Positions 13,914-25,827 of a stretch of DNA of 64,000 bases are shown here, piece after piece; the first letter of the stretch is position 1; every line of letters begins with the position of its first letter. The position numbers and the translations under genes were made by a program. This DNA is from Adineta vaga (lineage: Eukaryota; Animalia; Rotifera). The notes under the pieces were generated by a model. That model did not search any database and was not told the DNA's origin. It worked only from the letters and a program-made list of their open reading frames with translations. The stretch covers positions 10,230,001 to 10,294,000 of the forward strand of contig CP075495.1 in assembly GCA_021613535.1 (NCBI GenBank), written 5' to 3'.

Positions 13914-16818
13914 TCACTGGTGTGCAGAGAACATGAGTAAATAGAGAGATGAATGTTTATGTATATTTATATATGTATAGATATTTATATATGTGCGTGT
14001 ATAAGTGATTTGAAAAATAAAATTTATGAAGGAAATTTTGGTGGTGAACCAATTATTGTTGGTGATGTTGTCGTAGGTTGTTGCAAGTACAGAACTACGT
14101 CGTGGTCGATCAGCATCTTCCATGGACATTGCACGAGATAAACGACCTAAACCAGCTAAACCTGCTTCCATTGGTAAACCAGATACTAGAAAATAAACAT
14201 AGTTAAGGTGAAAATCATTGATAAAGATACATACATAATCCAATGCCTTGTAAAAAGAATTGCATTGATTTTGCTAAGACATCAGGCTAAATGGAAATAA
14301 CAGGGTTTATTAGAAGAAGAAGAAAAAAAACAGTTATAGTTTGTTTTTGTTACTTACAGCTTCACCGAGTACATCACCAACATCATCTGCGACAAGTAAT
14401 GGTGAATTGACCATTTTTTGAGGATTATTACGTGATTCACGAAGTCGTTCATAGAATTTTTCTGTTGTACCAATAACTGAACTTTTTTTTCCGACAGCTA
14501 CCAAACAGTCAACACTAAAAATAAACAAATTATCTAAATAATTCAGACTTATTTTTATAAACGAAAATCTATTGATTTCTTTCATTCGACAATTGGCTCT
14601 TATTTTTATGATTAATTATCGGTCAACTATCAACATAGCATGCTATATTGTCTCTTGGAATTTAAATAATTAAAAATCTCATCAACTAATATTCCGACTA
14701 TTCCCATGAGAATCAATAAATGTTACTATGCAAATCTATAATATATGATGGAAAACTTACGTTAATTTGTCCAATTTATCCACAAGATTAGTTCGACTAT
14801 AAATAGAAAAGTATTGTTTTTTTTCTTTCTTTCTCTAAATCAAACTAATTTCATTTTGACTTACTTCAAAAAAGCATCCATAAATAAAGCCAAATTTTTC
14901 GCCGTTCTCTTTTGATAAAGTTTTTCCGAAAATTCACGAATATTTGCTTCAAGTAATTGAGAATCACCATAACCCTAGACAACGTGGAAAAAAACGATCG
15001 AAATTTATTCTTAATCAATTCAAAACTAGGAAAAAAAACGTATTAATTGAACATTCATGCAGCATATCTAGATTTTGTTAGTAAATAAAACAAGAAATTT
15101 AATACCTTAACATCTTTTGAATAGTTTGCAAACATCGATTTCTGCAAAAATTTAGCTCATAATATACACATAGTTAACTTAACATACAAAATAACCACGA
15201 GAGCACAAAAGAAAATAATGAAGGAACTCTAGAGAGAAGAACTCATGCTTAGGTAAACAAAATTTTCGTTGATAGAATGAATGAAATTAAAATTACACCT
15301 TGTTCTTGTGCAGATCGTCGTTAGACTATAAAAGCATTGAAAATCATAAAAAAAGAGGACAAGTCTAAGACAATCTTAACAAAACAAGAATCTAATCGAA
15401 TTATCAATGCATACTTTAAAAGAATTCTTTCGTTCAATTTTCTATATATATATATATGCAATAGGTTATGCAAGTGACTTATTATTTTATAGGCAACAAA
15501 GAGAATAATCCAATCGTATCACATTACACATACCTTTGCTGCATCCTAAAATGAATAGAAATATATGCATATTTATAATGAAAAGAATTGAGCTATGAAA
15601 TAACATACTCGACCAAATCGATGCCAAATGAGATAAGCTTCAGCATCAGGATTCATTCCTTTGTGAATTAATTTCCAGTTATTAAGTTTATCCTTCATCA
15701 TTTCCATAAAACCAGCAGTTGTACCAGTTGGATGAACAAGTACAAGGCCATGAACACGCGATGGATATTCAATAGCAAAACGACATGCAATATTAGCTCC
15801 TGCTCCTTCACCAAATATAACTACTTGTGGAATATTTAAATGATCAACAATATTTATTAATTCACTAGCTATATCATCTAAACTTGGATACTTTCTACAA
15901 ATAGAAGATTTGTTTTTTTTTGAAAAACTATATTCAAATCTTGACATATGAATATTTACTCGATAGATAGAGCAGCAGCATCATCTTCTTGTCCAGGTAA
16001 ATCAACATGTACCCAAACAATTCGTTGTTTACTAGAAATATAAAACAATACAATTTCAATCAAATATATTCTATCAATTCATTTCAAAGACTTACAGAGC
16101 ACGCATTTCAGGTTGAGAAACATATTCAGTAAAAACTGAATCTAAATTGTTTAATAAAAATTGATTACAATGCTTTCAAAATCAAAAATTCGTCTTCACT
16201 TACGACTACAACCAATATCATGGATAGTCATAACATAACATTTCGAATTACTACCAGTATCGTCCTGAAATAAATTCATAGATTCGGGTTTTTCTTTGTG
16301 AAAATAATTCTTACTTGAACCCATGCGGTATAATCAAGACCAAGCTTGTTCGATCGGATCACATATTTCTAAACAAAAGTATACATTTATATTCCATATT
16401 CACAAACTTTTTTTATTAATTTATTAGTAAGAAGAGCAGCAAAACGTATTTTCTATCTAAACTTACTGGAAGACTTGAATTCTATTGAAAATAAAAATAC
16501 AAAACAAATCAAATCAATATATTATTTTTTAATCACAAATATAAAACTAAACTATTCTTCATCTCCTTATTTAAGATATCTTGAAAACAACTTATGCAAA
16601 CGATATCTATCTAGCGTAAGAAACTGTTTCAATGCTTTTCTTAATTTGTCCGTTAGAGTAAAGAACAACAGATATTTGTCAGAAAGAACGTTTATCTGAA
16701 GTATATTTTTCGCGTGTAATCAAATAGAAGAAATGGAAATATCTGAAAATATACTCACTTGATTTTGTTCAACTGTTGCAAGTTTTTCAAGTAATCCTGT
16801 ACGATCCATTTCTTCCAT
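13914..16818 (-). CDS. NDRG-family alpha/beta-hydrolase-like protein (proximal first exon MEEMDRTGLL...), multi-exon
   Basis: Motifs MTIHDIGC, HVDLPGQEDDA, YPSLDDIASEL, FGEGAGANIACRFA..PSRVHGLVLV and FFLQGIGL. The 3' end is uncertain: 13914 as read, or 14024 if there is a frameshift. Confidence 0.92.
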
Positions 16819-18849
16819 TTTAGATTTAATACGAATAAAAATAAAATTCGATCGGTTTCTTCTTCTTTTTTTTTATATAAAAAAAAGTAAATCGAATTAG
16901 AAGGTTTTTTTTTACTTTTTGTCCATACTGTATATATATATATATATCTATATTTATGCGCGTGTGTATGTGTGAGGGTGTATTTGTTCAGTCAGCGAAA
17001 AGAAATAGACGGTATTACGCACACATATTCACATACATTTGTGTCTAGAACAAGTGTAAAATGAGAGAGAGGGAGAGAGTGATATACAAACGCAAGTTGA
17101 CGGGCGTTTATGATTGAAATCGGACTCTTTTACGTTATGAAAGGAGAAAAAAAACGAGCAGGTTAACAGTACGACAACGGTAAACGACATAAAAGAGAAT
17201 TATGAGAAAAGTAAAGATATGTTTTACATAGAGTGACTAAGTAATTTGAAACATGGAATAAAATTTATCGGATAACAATCTGTTGTTAAAAATCGTTTTA
17301 TCCATCAAAATTTAATCAAATATTGTACTAATTCTATGTATGATTACAGCAAAAAAATGTATATAGGATGGAAGTACAACAACGCGATTGCTGTGACTTA
17401 TCGGAACTCGTTAAGTTAGACTAAGTACACAGTGTCATTTTTTTTCCTTGTTTTCCTGCTTCAGAAAAGCTAGAGAACAGAACAGAACGGTGAAAAAAGA
17501 GAATGAGAAAAGAAAAATCGTAACATCCATCTTCAGCTTTAATATTCTTCTATTCCACTCTTCCATATATATTTTTTCCTCTTTCTATTATTACTTATGT
17601 CTTACAATAGTCTGTAGCTAGAAAGCTGCTGCTTGCTTGTGCTTGTCGACGAGGCCGTCATTTGCTTGCTTGTTCGCTCGAGCCCAAATGACATCCGGTG
17701 TCGGAGAGAATGTCGACACAATGTGAGAAAAAAAATGAAAGAAAATGAAGAAGAAATCGTATGATATGCAACCGCACATAAAAGAAAATGTCGATGATAG
17801 AATTATGTGGAACATATGTGCGAGAAATACTGTCTGGAAATGATATTATTCATGAATCAATAAAATCTATCATTACTTTATCGTAATCAAAGAAAAAGAA
17901 ACTGCAAAACTGATTATGATGAGTAAAAACCGCTGATATTTTTATTCATGATTCATTATTAAAAGAGATAAATAGAACGAACGTTGTCTTGTACAAATAC
18001 GTATGTTTATAATGTCTTCTATATATTATAATGTATACGGAAGATATTTTCGATTTTTCTGATAAGAATTGTAACAAAAAAATTACAATTAATAACTTCA
18101 TTATATTAGTGTAATGTAGTCAATACAGATTTTCAACAGAAAAAAGGATAAAACTTTGAGTATTTCACATGAATTAATCTCTTTATCCGTAGAATGATAT
18201 ATTTCTGTTCTATACTCATTCAATTGAATAAATATACCTTCGGTAGATATTCTAATCCAGAATTTAACTTCGAGTTATAAGATAAACGAAGTCAATTTAT
18301 GTATTAATATAATAATTATTCTTTTAAAGACATAGCAGCATCTTTTCTTCTGATTAGCCGAGGGTTTGACTGCCATCTGTCGAACTTCCACGAGCTCTTT
18401 TTCTTTTCTATTCGGAAGAAAAAAGTCCTCGAATATAAGTTCAGTTAATTATAACATGAAATATTTATTTTTACATAAATATAATTGAAGGTCAAGGCAA
18501 AAAAGAGAGTCATTAAAAAATCAACAAAATTCACACAATTCTCTTATGTAAATGACTAAATATTAAATTGGAAAAGTTCTCTTTTTTAACAACTAAGTTT
18601 CATCTTCAAGGAAGAAGTTTTCATCATTAACATAATTCTGTTAATGTTTCTAATGAGAGAAGAAAAAAAACTTTCTCATCTATCATCGCTTATTTCCGAT
18701 AACAATTATCATGAAGTCCACAAGACAAGTCATATCTAACAAAACAGACCTATATAATTTGTTTTAGTTCTGGTAATGTGTGTAGTTTTTTCTCCTCATT
18801 CATACTAATTTCTTTTTCAAGACACAAAAAAAAGAAATGTTTACAATAC

Positions 18850-18912
18850 CTGTTCTTGAGCAGGAACACTCATTTGAAATCGAAGCATTTTCTCTCGAAT
18901 TGGTGCATCCAT
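18850..18912 (-). CDS. Distal alternative first coding exon of the NDRG gene (MDAPIREKMLRFQMSVPAQEQ)
   Basis: ATG, 21 open codons and a CAG|gtattg donor in phase 0. This matches the phase-0 acceptor at 16368 that the proximal exon also uses. Confidence 0.6.
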
Positions 18913-21900
18913 TTGTTTAGTATTTTGAAAAAAGTACTTTCAATAATATAAATTTCATCTATTTCCAAGTGTATGTCACGAAGAATACGTTTATCCTATG
19001 ATGTTGTAGATAAGATCATCTAAAAAACTAAAATACATATATGTACATAGAAACTCTTTTATTAGTCGTTCGGTCTTTCTTAAAATACGTTAGAGAATTG
19101 TTGATAAGAGCAAAACCAATATAGCATGCACAGTGATATAATAATAGCGTTTCTATTTCATAAGCTCCTTCTCTCTCTTTGTTCTCTTCACTCTGTTTTG
19201 GATATTCTATGATTGACAGATAGATAGCAATGTTAAATTGCCACTATTACCATCACGGAAGATAGACAAGAACAAAAATGAGAAGACATAGGACATATAA
19301 ACATATATATATTCACTTTTTCACTCGCAAACTACTCGTATTCGTCGCTCTCGACAATCACAAGTAAACGCGGCGACGTCTCATTTTTATGAAACTAATA
19401 GAAATTAGTAAAAGCGCGCGCGTATGGATGTCATTTGGCAAAAAAGAAAAAGGATCAGCCATAGAAGAGTTCGAACTCAACATGCAGTCCGTTGATTTTC
19501 GAATTTCTATGTCAGTGATACAAAAACTTTCTATGAAAAGTATATCAATGATTTTTGTCTTCTCCAATTGAATAACTAATTATTTTGCTAAAACTCATTT
19601 AAACGAATTAATTGCAACTAATTGCTATCCTCATAGAAAAACTAAAATTAATTATTAAAGTCCGATACCTAAAACGTTCTACACGGGATTATTTTCATCG
19701 TAAGTCATTTTTCAATGCAACTAGTTTAAAATATAACAGAGAAAGATAGATGATAGTCACCCTTGATGATTTAAGAACAAAGCAGCAAAAAGAAAAAAAG
19801 TAGTTTATATCTATCTATCTATCTGTCTATATATTTACGTCGGAAGAAGAAGAAAAAACTAAGAATGATGTTGGTGTAATTGCATGTCTGCATAGCATCG
19901 TTTCAATATAATTCTTTATGTATAGAACAGACACAAGAAAATCGACTGATATCTCTCCATGCACGGACGAGTAAGACTCAATTAGAACGATGCAGTAGTA
20001 ATACCAAATAAGCACCGACAATAAAAAAAACGCGAACGAAGAAAACTATTCTATAATAACTTCTATCAAGTTGCGGATTCGAATAAGAGAGAAAAAAATA
20101 GAAGAAAAAAAAATCGAGAGATATAGAGAAGGACATCCGACAACACTAGTAAAACATCTATCATTGTTATCAATTTATCTCAGTAGTTGCATTCACAACT
20201 ATCCAACGAGAACTTCTTCTTTTTCTCTCTTTCTTATCAATCGATGCAATATTCTATTTAGAATTATTGTTGAATAAAATGATCATAGTCACAATAGAGA
20301 GAAGATTGTTGTTGTCGTCACCAGAAGAAGAACAAGAAGAAGAAGAAGAAGACGACAACGGCGAGAGATAGAGACAGAGGAAAAAACGAGAACGACGAAC
20401 AAGTATAATAGTCATAATAATGAGACTGATGAAATTAATAGAAGTAGATAGCCTTAAGATACAATATAATGTTGATAGGCTATTCTAATTTAGAGTATCT
20501 TTCTAAGTGAACTCTTGATAATGATAAAATTAATTTTCAAAATCAAAACCATATTGTTTCGATCAACGTAATAGTTCTATTTCTTTACAATCGTTCAATG
20601 ATTTATGGATTTTTCCGATCAAAAAGAAAAAAAACTCAAACTCGACGAGAACATTTATCATTAAATTCAAGATAAAAAATCGAGGTGAATGAACATTTTC
20701 TCGTTTAATAGATCTTGTCAAATCAAGGCTTTATCTTAAACTAATAGAATCTAACATTGTCGTTGACTATGACTGTTTCTGATAGATAATATAAAGACCA
20801 GGATGATATGATTTCCTAATTCGTTTTCTACTGTTCTTTCGAGATGTTAAGACGTTAGAATCAGACAATGATTTTGTATTCCATATTCTTTCGCTTGATG
20901 TAGCTTCCGCAACTATTCTAACCTTATTTATTTTCTGTCAATAAAATAAAACACATAGATCGATCAATTTATGTGTAATGAAAAAATTCTCGTTAATCAT
21001 TATAATACTAAACTGTATTTAAAAAATATTATTGAAAATAGAACTTAACAAACAAAATTTCATATAAAACTAGAATTGAATCAATAAATGAATGAGATAC
21101 GTGTCATAAGCATTTCCGTTTGTAGGGTTCATTATAATGAAGTAGGACGATTCAAGAGTAAATCATTAGATTTATTTCAGGAAAACGAGAAAGAGAGAAA
21201 CGTGTTCAAAAAAACGATTCAAATACATATGATCTTCATTAGTATTTTGATAAGAGACACGCTCTCTACATGCAATGTAATTCTTTACCAATTTAAATAA
21301 TGGTCTTTCCTACGAATGAATGAAATATAAAAGAGAAAAAAAAACTGTGATATTTTCTTATAGATTCGAGGAAATGAAAGGTATCAACTCAATAATCTCT
21401 CTAAAATAATATAAAAGATATTCTTAATAACCTTGAATTTCTTATATGAACGAACGGAAATTTTCTTTGTATGTGGGAAGATTAACTGTAGAAGTATTTC
21501 CTTGCTTAGACATATGGATATCTAACAAGTAACTATATATCAGGGGAAATTCCGAAGTTTTTTGACAGTAATGAGTGATAAATCATATCTTATATAGTAT
21601 AATTTGTGGAAGATTCAATCTATGTTAATAATACATATATATGTCAGATCAAATTGTGTGTCACTGTTTGACACAGATTTGTGGTTGAAGATTTATGAGA
21701 TAACGTGTATATTCAATGGATTAGAACTGGAAATAGTCTAGATGATCGAACAGTAAAAGATACTTAATATTAGAAAATCAATTGTATGCGACCACCGTTT
21801 TACTATCTCTTTCATGTTAATCACGCCGATTGAATCATGATTCATATTGAATACAGTTAATTAACTTATTTTTCTCTGTTTTCTACATAGATGATTTATT

Positions 21901-22093
21901 CTATTTCGTGAATTCTTTAGTACAATATACACATACACATTTAGATAAGAAAAAAATCTACAAGAGAAGAAACGATTATTTTACGGGAGACAATGAATAA
22001 ATGAAGATTTTAACAAATATTACAGACAACAAAATTCCACAATAAAGATAAAGTAAAAAGGTAAGACGAGAGAATGATAAGTCAAATTGAATT

Positions 22094-24631
22094 TTAAAGT
22101 GGAGAAAAGAATGTATTGACTGGAGCTGGATAATTTGCCGGAGGTGTATTTTGATAATGATGATGACGTGTTAAAATAGGTGTACTGATTGGTTCTTTAT
22201 TGACTGGAGCTGATGGTTCATTATGAATATTTTCAAGTAAAAATTTTGACCAATAATCCGATGACATTTTAAGAAAGAATTCAAGAATTTTGGTTTGTTT
22301 ATATGTTTCACCAACAATATCAATACCCGTTACATGTTTAGAAGAATAACCAATGATAGCTGGTCCCTAAAAGTAAAACAATACAAATGAATTAATATGT
22401 AAATATTTCGTTCGTTTGTCTTTTTACCATGGTTCGACTTAAATTAAGTATTGGCATTCGACAAAGTGGTGATACTGCTACGCGTTGTAAATGAAGAATC
22501 ATAAATGCTAATGTTTCTCGATTTGGTTTAGGTAATTGTTGTATAAGAGCATCAAAATTTTGTTGTTTAACAAAATCGGATTCTTCTTCAATAACATTGG
22601 CAAATGATTTCCACAATGCATTGGTCAATAATGATTCGGATAATGAACGAAGAAAATCTTTGACAACACCACATATTAAATGTATATCATTATAATGAGA
22701 TAAATCAAATAAACCTGTACGCGATTTAAGGATACGTTCTTTTAAATCTTTAACTTGACCTTCAACCCTATAATAAAAATTCAAAAACAATACAAACTCT
22801 TTTCACTGTTCTTTACAAAGATTCGTTTTTAGTATACATACACATTCAATCGATAAATTCCCACTTCTTGTAATCCACGTTGCTCAATCTCTTTGACACA
22901 ATGTACAAGTAATGCAGGTACTTGTAGCTGGTTTGCTTCACGTGTAGTAAATTTAGAAACAGCACCACGATTAGGTGTTTTTACATTAGGTAAACAAAGT
23001 GTTGCACAATTTTCTTTACAGCCCGTATGACACAGGGCACTACATGCTTGACAACGATAAGCTAATTTACCGAAATGAATACGTTTAAGACACTAATGAA
23101 ATGAATACAAAAAAGATGAATGACATCTTTATGAAATAATCTTTTCTTTTTACCACACAACATGTTTCTGGAATGAGTATATTTCGTGAAATGAAATTAT
23201 GTGCACGTGCACGTAATGTACCAATACTTGATGGACTTGATTTCATTAAACTTGTTGGTGTAGCTATTTGATGAAGAGGTGTTGATGGTGTTAATGTTTT
23301 TTGAAGTTTTTGTTCTTGTGATGGTGGACTCGTTATTTTTGGTAATGATGGATAAAGACATTGTTGAATTTGTTGTTGCTGTTGATCTTCATCATGTTTT
23401 GACCAAAAGATATCGTCTGTACTTAACTCTGATTCTTCTATAAAAATATTAAGAAACAAGGAAGGATTGATATTTTAATCATTAATTATGTAGATATTTC
23501 TTATCATACCTGATTTATTTTCAAGCCATTGTCGAGATGGTTTTCGTACTTTTTGTTTGGGTCTTTGTTGAGCTGTCAATGAATGACGTGCTGGTGCGCG
23601 CATTGGTGATGCATATTGATCATTTTGAGTTCTTCCAACGGTAATATTTGAATATGGTGATGCACCTAATTGATCAGCAATATTTGTTGTTGCTCGATGA
23701 TGATGATGTTGTTGTTCTTCATGATGAATTTCTGATGTAATGACTACAGGTCCATTATTAAGGTCATTCATATCAACAGTTGTAGTTGTTGTTGCAACAA
23801 TACGACCCATTGGATAAGGCTAAATAACAGTTTGAAAAAAAAACATATTTGATTTGCAAATCTCTTATTACTTCGTCATGTTTTGGACGCTTTAAATCCA
23901 TGGGATCACCTGAATTACTACTTCGTTTGATTCCACCCACACCCGTTGATTGACTGACAACTTTAGGTAAATTATTCATATTATCAAAATCAAGTTCTTC
24001 GCCAGTACAATTTTTATCCGATAAATCCGTTGTTGTTTCACTATCTGACAAAACTGAATCTCTATACAAAATAAAAATAATACAATACAGACACGTATGA
24101 AAGTTTCAATAAAACGAACCGAAGTATATCCCGTAATTGATCAAAAGTATTTTGACCTGTTATTGTCCCTTTAATTTGATCTAGACATCGTTGTAATTCA
24201 TTCAAACGTTCATTACTACGTTTGTTATGTTGAGTCAAACGAAGAATATGTGAACTAAATAAAAATATATGCTCAATTGTTATAACGAGTGAAAAAAGAT
24301 ATATATATATATATAAATACCTTTGTGATTGAATTTTTTTATCTTTACGTGCTAATTCAGTTCGATATTGTTCAACATATCGATCCATCTGTTCGGAGTA
24401 TGCTCGTAAATCAGTATATTTACGACGAAGATCATTGTGAAATTTGAGAAATGCACTGAATTCTGTTTTGTACAACACAAATAATTGATATTTCTTTGTT
24501 CACAAAATTTCTTTCAACTCACCTTGATCACAACTACGTTGTGCTAAAATATTATTACGTGCAAAAACATCTTGATAAGCTATTAAACGTTGTAAACGTG
24601 CTTTAAAATTAACGGCTGAATTGATCTCCAT
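22094..24631 (-). CDS. RACGAP1: Rac GTPase-activating protein 1 (MgcRacGAP/CYK-4): coiled coil, C1 domain, RhoGAP
   Basis: N-terminal coiled coil, C1 (HNFISRNILIPETCCV..RIHFGKLAYRCQAC...CHTGC), RhoGAP (VHCVKEIEQRGLQEVGIYRL, DIHLICGVVKDFLRSL, LPKPNRETLAFMILHLQRV, GPAIIGYSS) and C-terminal FFSPL*. Confidence 0.93.
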
Positions 24632-24894
24632 AAACTAATTTTAGGGAAGCGAAAAAAATGAGATCTATCTGTAGGAGGAGAATTATTTACAACAAATCGA
24701 TCGAAACAAGGAAAGTTGGAATAGACAGAGAACAGAGACACTCGCTGAAGAAAGAATGCGCCTTTGTTGAAGATATCCAACAAGGAACGAAAAAGAAACA
24801 AAATTATAAAATTTATTGTTTAAATTAATCCTTTTTTTCTGTAAAAACTATTCTAATTAAAATTATTTGAAAAATTATTACTTTAATCTTAATG

Positions 24895-24945
24895 GTAGAT
24901 GGCGCCACAAGAAGACATAGTAACAAAGAATGACACTTAGCAACA
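24895..24945. promoter_or_regulatory. Candidate core elements in the RACGAP1/SAMD15 bidirectional promoter
   Basis: AGATGGCGCC (YY1/CTCF-like) and two RFX X-box half-sites (CATAGTAAC, CTTAGCAAC) in a ~520-bp head-to-head spacer. Confidence 0.4.
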
Positions 24946-25153
24946 TGTTTCAATTCTCTACGATAGATTATATACTTAAAGAATAAGCTGATAAAATTGA
25001 AAATGTATCATTGAATTGAATGATAACATGATTTCACAATTACTCAATCATTTTCAACAGCGTTTCTAGAAAGATGAATATGCACTGCATTGTTTTGATT
25101 CGTTTTACTTTAGATTTATTCTTAAATTTCATAGGAAGAAAATTGTCCGAAAA

Positions 25154-25761
25154 ATGGCTAATATGGCAAAAACTATGGCCGATTTACAAAAACTTGGTCG
25201 TGCTGAAGATACTGAAGCATTAGAACGAACGAAAGCGTTGGATATTGAATCTGGTCAAATTTCAGAAGCTGTATATTGGTCATGTGATGAAGTTGCCGAT
25301 TTTATTGAAATGCTTGGTTTTCCACAATATCGAGTATGGTGAAGAAAGCATTTCAATTATGTCCTTTTTTTTTCATTAAAATTTACCTAGGAATGTTTCC
25401 TTCGAAATAAAGTTGATGGTCGTCGATTGATTCTATGTAATGCATCACGTTTAAATGCTCTTGGTATTACAGATTTCAAACATATTATCGTAAGTAGAAG
25501 GTTAATAAGAAAATGTATCTTGTGATGATTTCGATTTAGTCTATATCGAAAAGTATTCGAGATCTTTTAAACATTGAAGAACCTTTTTGGAATCGAAGTA
25601 TTTCGTTGCCTTATATGGAATCGATTGGTCGATATCTCGAACAACGTAGCATAATCGGTCGTCGAGCAGATGAATTAGATTATGAAACATTTACAAATGA
25701 AACACGTGACACTAAATATCAACCAATTTTAACCAATCAAGGTATTCTTAATTGGATCTAA
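25154..25761 (+). CDS. SAMD15: Sterile alpha motif domain-containing protein 15-like, 3 exons
   Basis: WSCDEVADFIEMLGFPQYR|ECFLRNKVDGRRLILCNASRLNALGITDFKHI..IRDLLNIEEPFWNRSISLP..IGRYLEQRS. Confidence 0.85.
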
Positions 25762-25827
25762 CATTATTTATTTATATCTAATCACACACGAATAAATTTA
25801 CAAAATATGAGAAAAAAAAGAATGTTT

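Noticed and set aside
19000-21900. Many 60-70 aa ORFs and GAA/GA microsatellites in a gene-free stretch
   Set aside because: Low-complexity chance ORFs. The region is best explained as upstream regulatory sequence of the NDRG gene.
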